Of a stretch of DNA of 64,000 bases, positions 27,376-36,274 are shown one piece after another; position 1 is the first letter of the stretch; each line of letters opens with the position of its first letter. Where the stretch lies: contig JBFIJL010000001.1 in the NCBI GenBank assembly GCA_041600755.1, positions 186,896 through 250,895 of the forward strand, given 5' to 3'. Under the pieces are notes generated by a model. That model did not search any database, was not told the DNA's origin, and saw nothing but the letters and a program-made list of their open reading frames with translations. This DNA comes from Candidatus Saccharimonadales bacterium. GTDB taxonomy: Bacteria; Patescibacteriota; Saccharimonadia; Saccharimonadales; JAXHNE01. Position numbers and translations under genes: made by a program.

Positions 27376-27721
27376 ATATCTAATCCTGGTCCTGTTAAAC
27401 ATTCCACTAATTTCACTGGCTATTCTCAATACAATAATTTCCAGAAAGCTACGTAAGTCATCCCGTAAACGCGCAGTTGCAAAGATTGTTTTCTGGATTG
27501 GAGTTCTCGTGGGGCTAATTCTGGTTGAGCCAATCTACACGTTTCTGTATTCCGAAGGACTCACACAAACCGAAGCACTTAGCCTGTTTGACGTGCTCTT
27601 AATATCATCCTCGATTGGACTCTTCTATCTACTCAACCAAGCATACCTAAAGATTGACGCAATCGAACGGAGACTCAATGACCTCCACCAGGAAGTGTCA
27701 ATTCGTCTATCAAAAAACTAA
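27368..27721 (+). CDS. small membrane protein, DUF2304-like partner of GtrB-type GT2
   Basis: 117 aa, three TMs plus a C-terminal coiled segment. GTG start overlaps the GT2 stop. Position and architecture resemble DUF2304 proteins. Confidence 0.5.
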   Translation: MSRYLILVLLNIPLISLAILNTIISRKLRKSSRKRAVAKIVFWIGVLVGLILVEPIYTFLYSEGLTQTEALSLFDVLLISSSIGLFYLLNQAYLKIDAIERRLNDLHQEVSIRLSKN

Positions 27722-27772
27722 TACAAAAACATGAAATCTGATAGGCTAGTATAAGATACCAAAGGAGTGTAC

Positions 27773-28801
27773 ATGTTCAAAAATAAGACTTTACTTATAA
27801 CTGGCGGGACTGGTTCATTTGGAAACGCAGTATTAAAAAGATTTCTAGACAGCGACATCGGTGAAATTAGAATTTTCTCGCGTGATGAGAAAAAGCAAGA
27901 CGACATGCGAAAAGCGCTTAAGAGCGACAAGGTAAAATTCTACATTGGTGATGTCAGGAACCCAGAAAGTATCCGAGACGCCGTTAAGGGTGTTGACTAT
28001 ATTTTTCATGCTGCAGCACTTAAGCAGGTACCGTCGTGCGAGTTCTTTCCAATGGAAGCAGTAAGGACGAACGTAATCGGTACGGATAATGTGCTGAGCG
28101 CAGCCATAAATGAAGGTGTAAAGAAAGTGGTTTGTCTTTCTACCGATAAAGCCGCCTACCCTATCAACGCAATGGGCACATCCAAGGCGATGATGGAAAA
28201 GGTAATTATAGCCAAATCACGAAACATCGATCCAAAAGACACAACAATTTGCTGCACACGGTATGGAAATGTTATGGCATCCAGAGGATCAGTTATTCCA
28301 CTCTTCGTTAATCAGCTAAAGTCCGGGCAACCAATAACTGTCACAGACCCTGACATGACTAGGTTTCTGATGAATCTGGACGAAGCAGTTGATCTAGTGT
28401 TGTTCGCATTCAAAAACGCACAACAAGGCGACCTATTTGTTCAGAAATCACCAGCGAGCACAGTTGGGGATCTTGCAGAAGCCATTAAGCAGCTTTTCAA
28501 GTCCAAGTCAAAGGTCAAGGTCATAGGCACGAGACATGGTGAAAAAGCACATGAAACCCTTCTCACTAAGGAAGAAAAAGCAAAGTGCACGGATTTAGGT
28601 GATTACTTCAGAGTTCCCGCTGATACTCGTGACCTCAACTATGACAAATATTTCGAAAAGGGCGAAAAACAAGTAGAGCTTATTGAAGAATACACATCTC
28701 ACAACACAAACATTCTTACTATTGATGGAATTATAGATAAACTAAAAACCACCGACTACATACAAGAAGAGCTCATTGGGAACGAGGGGCATGCAATATG
28801 A
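27773..28801 (+). CDS. UDP-N-acetylglucosamine 4,6-dehydratase/5-epimerase (FnlA/QnlA/CapE family)
   Basis: SD AAAGGAG then ATG 27773. LLITGGTGSFGNAVLKRFL, MGTSKAMMEK catalytic region, about 342 aa. Confidence 0.85.
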   Translation: MFKNKTLLITGGTGSFGNAVLKRFLDSDIGEIRIFSRDEKKQDDMRKALKSDKVKFYIGDVRNPESIRDAVKGVDYIFHAAALKQVPSCEFFPMEAVRTNVIGTDNVLSAAINEGVKKVVCLSTDKAAYPINAMGTSKAMMEKVIIAKSRNIDPKDTTICCTRYGNVMASRGSVIPLFVNQLKSGQPITVTDPDMTRFLMNLDEAVDLVLFAFKNAQQGDLFVQKSPASTVGDLAEAIKQLFKSKSKVKVIGTRHGEKAHETLLTKEEKAKCTDLGDYFRVPADTRDLNYDKYFEKGEKQVELIEEYTSHNTNILTIDGIIDKLKTTDYIQEELIGNEGHAI

Positions 28802-29661
28802 ACATACTGGTGCTGGGCGCAGGTGGCATGGCGGGCCACACCGTATCGATTTATCTTCGTGAAAAAGGCCACTCAATAGATACGATATCTGCTACAAATC
28901 CACTAGATAAGAACACTGTTTTGATGGATGTCACTAATAAAGAAAAGCTTGAATCCTATCTTACTGAAAATGATTACGACGTGGTGATTAATTGCATAGG
29001 TCTACTTGTCAAGCAAAGTGAAGACAGGAATGATCTGGCTGTATATCTAAACTCGTATCTACCTCACTTTTTGGAAAACCACTACAAAAAAACTAAGACA
29101 AAATTGATTCATTTGAGCACTGACTGTGTATTTTCTGGAAACAATGCCCCATATCACGAAAACTCTACATATGATGGCGATTTATTCTACGATCGATCAA
29201 AGGCACTCGGCGAGATAATAAACGAAAAAGACCTGACCTTCAGGATGTCAATAATCGGACCCGATATGAAAAAAAATGGCACGGGATTGTTTAATTGGTT
29301 TTACGCACAAAGCGGTGAAATATCAGGATACACTAAGGCTATGTGGAACGGGGTGACTACCCTGGAACTAGCTAAAGGTATCAATGCAGCGATTTCGCAA
29401 GAATTATGTGGACTATACCATTTCGTACCGGCAGAGAATATATCGAAATTTGAACTCTTGAAACTCTTCAAAGAAGTTTTTAACCGAAAAGACATAGTCG
29501 TCAACCCCAGCGACACACTCGAGATCGACAAGACATTAATAAATACAAGAAGCGATTTTAACTATAGTGTGCCCAAATATACAATCATGGTTGAAGAAAT
29601 GAAAAACTGGATTGATGCACACCCGTCGCTATACGCACACTATGAAAGGAATGAAGGATGA
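28798..29661 (+). CDS. RmlD-like NAD(P)-dependent 4-reductase (QnlB/WbvR-like)
   Basis: 287 aa. ILVLGAGGMAGHTV Rossmann motif, STDCVFSG and YDRSKALGE. Sits between the dehydratase and the 2-epimerase with ATGA overlaps. Confidence 0.65.
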   Translation: MNILVLGAGGMAGHTVSIYLREKGHSIDTISATNPLDKNTVLMDVTNKEKLESYLTENDYDVVINCIGLLVKQSEDRNDLAVYLNSYLPHFLENHYKKTKTKLIHLSTDCVFSGNNAPYHENSTYDGDLFYDRSKALGEIINEKDLTFRMSIIGPDMKKNGTGLFNWFYAQSGEISGYTKAMWNGVTTLELAKGINAAISQELCGLYHFVPAENISKFELLKLFKEVFNRKDIVVNPSDTLEIDKTLINTRSDFNYSVPKYTIMVEEMKNWIDAHPSLYAHYERNEG

Positions 29662-30788
29662 GCAGCAAATTAAAGTTAGTGACAGTGGTTGGCACACGAC
29701 CCGAGATCATTAAACTCGCCAAAACCATAAAAGCATGTGACAAGTATTTCGACCACAAGCTGGTTCACACAGGACAAAACTGGGACTATTCTTTAAACGA
29801 AGTATTTTTCAAGGATCTCGGGTTAAGAGAGCCTGATCATTATCTTGACAGTGTAGGTTCAGATCTTGGAGAGACGGTGGGCAATATCATCGCTAAGTCA
29901 TACAAAACACTCCAGGACCTGAAACCAGATGCAATACTAATTCTCGGTGACACCAACAGTGCGCTTTGTGCAATATCGGCAAAACGCCTTAAAATTCCTA
30001 TATTTCATATGGAGTCGGGTAATCGGTGCTTCGATGAAAACCTTCCAGAGGAAATCAATCGAAAAATTGTTGACCACATAAGTGACGTAAACCTTCCCTA
30101 CACCGAACACGCTCGCCGATACTTGCTATCTGAAGGCATAAAGAAAGAGAACATCTTTGTCACTGGATCACCCATGGCTGAATTGCTCGATGAAAGTATG
30201 AGTAAAATACATTCGAGTTCAGTTCTTCAAGATCTCAAATTAAAGAAAAATAACTACATTCTTGTTTCTGCACATAGAGAGGAGAATATTGACAACGATG
30301 CTAACTTCACCTCCCTCATGTCTGCACTAAATGACATTGCAGAGAACTACAAAATGCCAATTATCTATTCCACTCATCCACGCACCAAAAACAAATTAAC
30401 AAAGCATGGGTTTAAACTACATGACTTAATAAGAAACCTTGAGCCGTTCGGGTTTTATGACTACAACCGTCTTCAGCTTGACTCGTTTTGTGTGCTTTCA
30501 GATAGCGGCACACTAGCAGAGGAAAGCTCTATACTTGGCTTCACGGGAGTGTCGTTGCGAACATCCACGGAGCGCCCAGAGGTGCTAGACAAAGGCTCAT
30601 TCATTGTAGGGGGAATCACCACAAAAGACATCACTCAAGCAATGGAGCTTGCCCGAGCAATGAAGGATAACGGTGAACTCTCCCTAGTAGCCGAAGACTA
30701 TCATGACAAAAACGTTGCCGCTAAGATAGTGAAAATAATTCAAAGCTACACTCATATAGTTAACAGGAATGTTTGGCGCAAGCCTTAA
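29658..30788 (+). CDS. UDP-N-acetylglucosamine 2-epimerase family (non-hydrolysing; FnlC/QnlC/CapG-like)
   Basis: VVGTRPEIIKLA, HMESGNRCFD, STHPRT motifs. Confidence 0.85.
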   Translation: MSSKLKLVTVVGTRPEIIKLAKTIKACDKYFDHKLVHTGQNWDYSLNEVFFKDLGLREPDHYLDSVGSDLGETVGNIIAKSYKTLQDLKPDAILILGDTNSALCAISAKRLKIPIFHMESGNRCFDENLPEEINRKIVDHISDVNLPYTEHARRYLLSEGIKKENIFVTGSPMAELLDESMSKIHSSSVLQDLKLKKNNYILVSAHREENIDNDANFTSLMSALNDIAENYKMPIIYSTHPRTKNKLTKHGFKLHDLIRNLEPFGFYDYNRLQLDSFCVLSDSGTLAEESSILGFTGVSLRTSTERPEVLDKGSFIVGGITTKDITQAMELARAMKDNGELSLVAEDYHDKNVAAKIVKIIQSYTHIVNRNVWRKP

Positions 30789-32026
30789 TGAAAAGCTCAA
30801 AAATACTCGTAGTTTGTCAGCATTTTTGGCCAGAGTCATTTCGAATAAATGACATTTGTGACTATTTTATTGAAAAAGGTTTAGATGTGGATGTTCTTTG
30901 TGGCATACCCAATTATCCAAGTGGGCGATTCTTTAAAGGTTACTCCTTTTTTAAAAACAGGCGTCAGATTCACAAAGAAGTGAGGATAAATCGTGCTTTT
31001 GAAATACCAAGAGGCAATAATTCAAACCTTAGAATATTGCTCAACTATATATCATTCCCACTGGCAAGTATTTTTCATATACCCAGACTTCTCTTCATGA
31101 GCTATGACAAAATATTCATATACCAACTGTCGCCAGTAATGATGTCAATATCAGGCATTCTTATTGGCAAAATTAAAAAAACCGAGACTACTATGTATGT
31201 GCTCGATTTATGGCCAGAAAATCTATTCTCTGTTCTAAAGATTAAGAACGTTTTTTTAAGAAAAATCGCAACAGTTGTCTCAAGATGGCACTACAAGCAT
31301 GTAGACAAATTGGTAGTACTGTCGAATATGATGAAAAATAAGCTAGTCCAGGACTGTGGCATACCTGAAGATAAAATAATCGTACTGCCCCAAGCGTGTG
31401 AAAAAATATACGAAACAGATGTCATAGATAAAGACCTCCAGAAGCGATTCTCCAATGGCTTTAACATACTTTTTGCGGGAAATATCAGTCCTGCACAGTC
31501 GTTTGAAACCATGATGTTGGCCGCACAAAAACTCAAAGACGCGGGCATCAACGATGTAAACTGGATAATCGTAGGTGACGGAATGTCAAAAAAAGAAGTC
31601 GAAACAAAGACTATCGAACTTGGTCTAGATAACTTCTATTTTGAGGGAGTTAAGCCCATGGAAGATATTCCAAAATACAGTAACATTGCAAACTTACTTG
31701 TTGGCTGCCTAGTGAAAAGTGAACTTCTAGAGGCAACTATTCCTGCGAAGGTTATGTCCTATATCGCATCTGGCAAGCCTATCGTGCTTGCCATGGATGG
31801 TGAAGTTCAGGATTTAGTGAACGAAACAATAAAATGCGGGTATGCAAGCGCAACTGAGGATGCAGAAGAATTGTACAGAAATATTAAAAAAGTCTATGAG
31901 ATGGACGGATCTGAGCGAATTAATCTGGGTAATAATGCAAAAAAATATCATTTTAAGCATCTAGAGCGGAATATTATTCTAGGCCAACTCTACAATTTCA
32001 TATTTAATAAAAGTTCTATACACTAA
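30788..32026 (+). CDS. glycosyltransferase family 4, WbuB/WcaI-like
   Basis: ATG 30788 (TAATG overlap). ILVVCQHFWPESFRINDICDYF...IPNYPSG N-terminus is typical of WbuB-type transferases that follow Fnl/Qnl genes. Confidence 0.7.
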   Translation: MKSSKILVVCQHFWPESFRINDICDYFIEKGLDVDVLCGIPNYPSGRFFKGYSFFKNRRQIHKEVRINRAFEIPRGNNSNLRILLNYISFPLASIFHIPRLLFMSYDKIFIYQLSPVMMSISGILIGKIKKTETTMYVLDLWPENLFSVLKIKNVFLRKIATVVSRWHYKHVDKLVVLSNMMKNKLVQDCGIPEDKIIVLPQACEKIYETDVIDKDLQKRFSNGFNILFAGNISPAQSFETMMLAAQKLKDAGINDVNWIIVGDGMSKKEVETKTIELGLDNFYFEGVKPMEDIPKYSNIANLLVGCLVKSELLEATIPAKVMSYIASGKPIVLAMDGEVQDLVNETIKCGYASATEDAEELYRNIKKVYEMDGSERINLGNNAKKYHFKHLERNIILGQLYNFIFNKSSIH

Positions 32027-32027
32027 G

Positions 32028-32384
32028 ATGATGGCAAATATAATGTTGGCACTATACGTGCTTTCCACTTCTCTTGGCTTGATATTCATTAAGCTGGGAA
32101 CAACCGATAGTCTTCCGGTTAAATTTCTTGATGGGAAAATCCACCTTAACCTCAATGTACATATTGTTGGCGGAATACTTCTTTACGGCATAAGTTTTAT
32201 GCTTTACACATATCTTATTTCAAAGCACGACCTTGGGTATATAATCCCCTTGACCACCGCACTAGTTTACATTGTTATATTTTTAGCCTCGTATCTTATA
32301 TTTCACGAAGTGTTTACTCTTCTCAAGATAACTGGAATCGGACTCATAGTTATTGGACTTATCCTGTTGAACATAAAGGCTTAG
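32028..32384 (+). CDS. small 4-TM DMT/EamA-like membrane protein (ArnE/F-like candidate flippase subunit)
   Basis: 118 aa, four hydrophobic helices. Follows the GT4 gene by 1 nt. Confidence 0.45.
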   Translation: MMANIMLALYVLSTSLGLIFIKLGTTDSLPVKFLDGKIHLNLNVHIVGGILLYGISFMLYTYLISKHDLGYIIPLTTALVYIVIFLASYLIFHEVFTLLKITGIGLIVIGLILLNIKA

Positions 32385-32440
32385 TTAATTAATTAGATGG
32401 ATTTGCCTGCGCAATATCACAAAATACATCTAGCTTAATA

Positions 32441-33856
32441 CTAGTATAGAGCAACTCCAATATATAAAATACTTATAAACAGAGAGAATGCTGCCGTGCT
32501 TGTTGCGATGATCGAAATTGATCTGTCGCTAGTTTTTAGTGATATCGGGGTTACGTAGGCGATCATCATAATCAACGGCAATAGTAGTGGCAAGAAGTAT
32601 CTTCCTTGAACTCCCTCAACTACTCGACCGGCCAAAGGAGTAAATCCAGCATATAGTGCACCGAATATTGACAACGACGTTAGTAATGCTAAAACCGAAA
32701 GCCATGTGTTTATTTTTCTAAAGTTTTTTAGATCGTCTTTGGCGTAGAAAGCGGTCAATAGCAGCGCTCCAACCAACATAAATGCAATTACAATGGGTAT
32801 CCTGATCGAGTTACCGCTAACTGTAATAAAAAGTCCGCTAAAGTATGCATCTCCGAAGCTGATCAAGCTCCTGATAATTGCCTCCGCAAAAAGATGCGGA
32901 TTGGTCATGGCATATTCTATCTGTGACGATGGAGAGATAATTGCTTGGTCGGCCCTCTGGGTTACAGAGCCTCCTTGCGTAACTTGACTAACGAAAGACC
33001 AGCCAACCGCCGCAACAACCATGACAGCAATTACGGCAACCTTGTATCTGATGCTTTGTTTTTTACCACCCAGCAATTTAGCAGGAATAAATAGCAAAAC
33101 TAAACTTATAAAAAGCTGGTTGGCTTTTGTTAGTGGAGCAAGTATGCTCGTTATCGCAAGTATCCATTTTGAAATAATTTTATCCCGTGGGTTCTTGGTG
33201 ACGAAGAGACTAATGAGTGCCGAAAAGAATAATATAGAGATGGCAATCATAGTATTGTCTGCAGTCACTACTGCTGCCTGAAAGATTGATGTTGGAAGCA
33301 AGGCTAAGCTAAATATTAGCCATTTTACTTTTGTCGATCTTAACAGCCAAAGAGCCACGGCTACAATAACTATATACGCAACAAGTGAAAGAAGTCGTGC
33401 CAACAACAAGGTCATACCCATACTCAAATTTAGTAGCTTAGCGACCAATATTGCAAACACTGGTCCTGGGTATGCCACAGGAGAATAGTTAGCGATAACC
33501 GGGAAGTACCCTCTTGATTCAGAAAATTTCTGTGAACCGAAGGCGGTATATACTTCTGAGTCTGTAACATCCTTTCGATCAAGGATGCTGCCATTTTTGA
33601 CAACGTCAAGGATATCGTGAACTCGGTAATTAAATAGCTCCGAGAAGTTAGTCGGCATCGAGTTGGCGGGGTTGTTTGCGTCCGTATTGGATATAAAACT
33701 ACCTTCAGTAATTTTATATGCTCTAGCAAAATGAGCCTGCTCATCCAGGCCCCAAAGAGGTGGAGTCAGAACCATGAATAAAAGTCCAGAAATCATGGCA
33801 ATTATTGCAAATGTAAGATGAGCTTGTTTTATGAGTAGCTTTGTCTTGTTTAACAT
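32441..33856 (-). CDS. DUF2142-type polytopic membrane protein (GT-C-like glycosyltransferase candidate)
   Basis: 471 aa, at least 10 TMs. The N-terminal PPLWGLDEQAHFARAY motif is characteristic of DUF2142 as I recall it. Confidence 0.6.
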   Translation of the reverse strand: MLNKTKLLIKQAHLTFAIIAMISGLLFMVLTPPLWGLDEQAHFARAYKITEGSFISNTDANNPANSMPTNFSELFNYRVHDILDVVKNGSILDRKDVTDSEVYTAFGSQKFSESRGYFPVIANYSPVAYPGPVFAILVAKLLNLSMGMTLLLARLLSLVAYIVIVAVALWLLRSTKVKWLIFSLALLPTSIFQAAVVTADNTMIAISILFFSALISLFVTKNPRDKIISKWILAITSILAPLTKANQLFISLVLLFIPAKLLGGKKQSIRYKVAVIAVMVVAAVGWSFVSQVTQGGSVTQRADQAIISPSSQIEYAMTNPHLFAEAIIRSLISFGDAYFSGLFITVSGNSIRIPIVIAFMLVGALLLTAFYAKDDLKNFRKINTWLSVLALLTSLSIFGALYAGFTPLAGRVVEGVQGRYFLPLLLPLIMMIAYVTPISLKTSDRSISIIATSTAAFSLFISILYIGVALY

Positions 33857-33945
33857 GAAAATCCAGAAAATTAACTATTATACTTGCTTTGTATCTCTTG
33901 GTTGTTAGTATATAATGATTTAAGCGTTAATGCTAAAATAAAAAC

Positions 33946-34539
33946 ATGAAAATAAAAAAAACATCCACAAGAAAAAAGAAGCTAATTTACGCTTCAATCA
34001 TTCTTATAATTATCGTTGGTTCTATTGTTGCACTTCTTAGTAAATCTAATTTTCCTGGTATCAATAAATCTGTCGAACAAGACTCATCCGAAGAAATTGC
34101 CGAAACTACTAGCGAAGAGCCTTCTGCACAGTCTGAATTCGTCAGCACTGACAACCGAGAGCCCGGAAACACAATCAGCGAGCAACGAGGTTCAGCGATC
34201 ATATCTGATGAGGCAGGAAGTATTGATGACAGCACCGATACTAGCAATCCAATCTCTTCTTCATCAGGAGAGATTTCGGTTTACACACCTAGTCAACAAT
34301 CGATAGTAAGACAAGGGTCTAGCATTTCGGGGACCTCTACACTCAACAAGATTAATTACCGAATTATTGACAACGTATCTGGAGTTATAGCACTTGGGGA
34401 GCTGAGTGTCGTTAATGGGCGGTTTGCTGGAAAATTAGATTTCACCACCAACGCCACTGAAGGTCGAATTGATATATATAGCGTGACAGATCAAGGTGTT
34501 GAATTCAGTAACGTAAACATTACCGTGAGATTTAAATGA
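33946..34539 (+). CDS. anchored extracytoplasmic protein with acidic S/E-rich linker and Ig-like (Gmad2-like) C-terminal domain
   Basis: N-terminal TM (LIYASIILIIIVGSIVALL), low-complexity linker, beta-rich C-terminus (ISVYTPSQQSIVRQGSSISGTS...RIDIYSV). TATAAT at 33910-33915. Confidence 0.45.
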   Translation: MKIKKTSTRKKKLIYASIILIIIVGSIVALLSKSNFPGINKSVEQDSSEEIAETTSEEPSAQSEFVSTDNREPGNTISEQRGSAIISDEAGSIDDSTDTSNPISSSSGEISVYTPSQQSIVRQGSSISGTSTLNKINYRIIDNVSGVIALGELSVVNGRFAGKLDFTTNATEGRIDIYSVTDQGVEFSNVNITVRFK

Positions 34540-36254
34540 TAGATTATATACGATCTGCTCTATGTTCAGTCGTTTTGGCATCTGGTGCAATCATAATAAT
34601 TGGCCTAACCGCACCAAATAATGTTAGTGCGGCCCAAGATCCTGGCAGAATTTTAGACGATGCACTGTTTCTTGATGCGAACATTATGACCAAGGAAGCC
34701 ATCCAGTCCTTTTTGGTGAGTAAAAATAGCGGGCTAGCAAACTTAAGCTATCCACTTCAATGCTATGGCGCAGGCAGCACAGAAAGACAGCTTTATACTA
34801 ATGCTGGAGCTACTTGTGACACCCCCATTCCAGCGTCACACATTATTTATTATGCATCCCAAATTTACGGTGTGAGCCCTAAGGTCATTCTGACCACGAT
34901 GCAAAAGGAACAAAGCTTAGTAACTTCACCAAACCCAACTTCGTGGCAACTAAACCAAGCTATGGGCTATGCTTGTCCAACGTCAGGTTCGTGTGCTGGC
35001 AATAGTACGTTCTCATACCAAATAGACAACGCCACCTGGGCTTTGAGATATCACTTCGAGCGGGCACGCGGAAATATGACATGGTGGAGTACGAGCTCGT
35101 CATGGACTTGCGGAACAACAAAAAACCTATACAGTCCAAATCTATATCCTGGCCAGAATGTAAGGTTTTATGATACTAACGGAACGCACTACGCTACCGT
35201 GTATATTCAAAACGCCACCACCTCTGCCATGTACTGCTATACTCCACACACATACAACAACCCTCAGGGCCTATACGGACGTGCCCCTTATGGCACTACC
35301 GGGCTGTATTATAGCGGCAGCTACAATTTCGTGAGCTATTATGAACTATGGTTTGGTAGTACATTGGCTGCCTTCCATAACGGAATAGACTACTCCCCTG
35401 TTTTTAACGCTGAGTTCTATCTAGACAGATACCCTGACCTCAAACAGGCGTTCGGCAACAATGCTTCATTGGCATTTAGTCATTTTATTGTTAACGGAAT
35501 TCAAGAAGGGCGCCAGGCGAGTGCTAGCTTCAATGTACAGTCATACAAAAACCGCTATCAAGATTTACGAATTAATTACGGAAATGTATTATCGGCATAC
35601 TACGCCCATTTTTCAATTTTTGGATTCCGAGAAGGTCGCGTAGCTACCGGTACAGCAACTCTTGTGCCCATTACTAAATTCAAGGGAATCGATTATGCCA
35701 ACGTTTACGATTTCAATGCCTACATCCAAAATCACTCAGACATGCGCATTCATTTCCAAAATGACGACGCTGGAGCAATTCAGCACTTTGTATCACTCGG
35801 CATGAGAGAGGGTCGACTAGCAAATGCTAGCTTCAATGTACTGTCATACAAGGGTATATATGTGGATTTGCGACGTGCATTCGGAGAAGACAATAAAGCG
35901 TACTACCTGCACTATCTGACTAACGGCAAAAAAGAAGGCCGAATCGCTACCGGAAGCACAGTCAATGGAACATCGGTTCTGGGCGGCGTGAACTATGCGA
36001 GTATCTATAATTTTGAGACTTATCGCAACAACAACAGTGATATTAAGCGCGTGTTTGGATTGAACGACATCGAGGCACTAAGGCATTTCGTTGGTCTAGG
36101 TATGAGTGAGGGTAGAGCTGCCAGCTCAGAGTTCAATGTATACACCTATAAAACCAACTATGCCGATCTGCGCCAAGCCTTTGGATCTGACCTAAAAGCG
36201 TATTATATGCACTATCTGACTAACGGCAAAAAAGAAGGCCGAATCGCTATCTAA
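34536..36254 (+). CDS. secreted protein: N-terminal cell-wall-hydrolase-like region + six tandem YxxxYxDLxxxFG...H(F/Y)xxxGxxEGR repeats
   Basis: Signal/anchor N-terminus, KVILTTMQKEQSLV region, then three double repeat units from about aa 295 to the C-terminus. A 42-nt perfect DNA repeat lies at 35908-35949 / 36208-36249. Confidence 0.55.
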   Translation: MIDYIRSALCSVVLASGAIIIIGLTAPNNVSAAQDPGRILDDALFLDANIMTKEAIQSFLVSKNSGLANLSYPLQCYGAGSTERQLYTNAGATCDTPIPASHIIYYASQIYGVSPKVILTTMQKEQSLVTSPNPTSWQLNQAMGYACPTSGSCAGNSTFSYQIDNATWALRYHFERARGNMTWWSTSSSWTCGTTKNLYSPNLYPGQNVRFYDTNGTHYATVYIQNATTSAMYCYTPHTYNNPQGLYGRAPYGTTGLYYSGSYNFVSYYELWFGSTLAAFHNGIDYSPVFNAEFYLDRYPDLKQAFGNNASLAFSHFIVNGIQEGRQASASFNVQSYKNRYQDLRINYGNVLSAYYAHFSIFGFREGRVATGTATLVPITKFKGIDYANVYDFNAYIQNHSDMRIHFQNDDAGAIQHFVSLGMREGRLANASFNVLSYKGIYVDLRRAFGEDNKAYYLHYLTNGKKEGRIATGSTVNGTSVLGGVNYASIYNFETYRNNNSDIKRVFGLNDIEALRHFVGLGMSEGRAASSEFNVYTYKTNYADLRQAFGSDLKAYYMHYLTNGKKEGRIAI

Positions 36255-36274
36255 GCTACAATCGGTTCTGTGAT

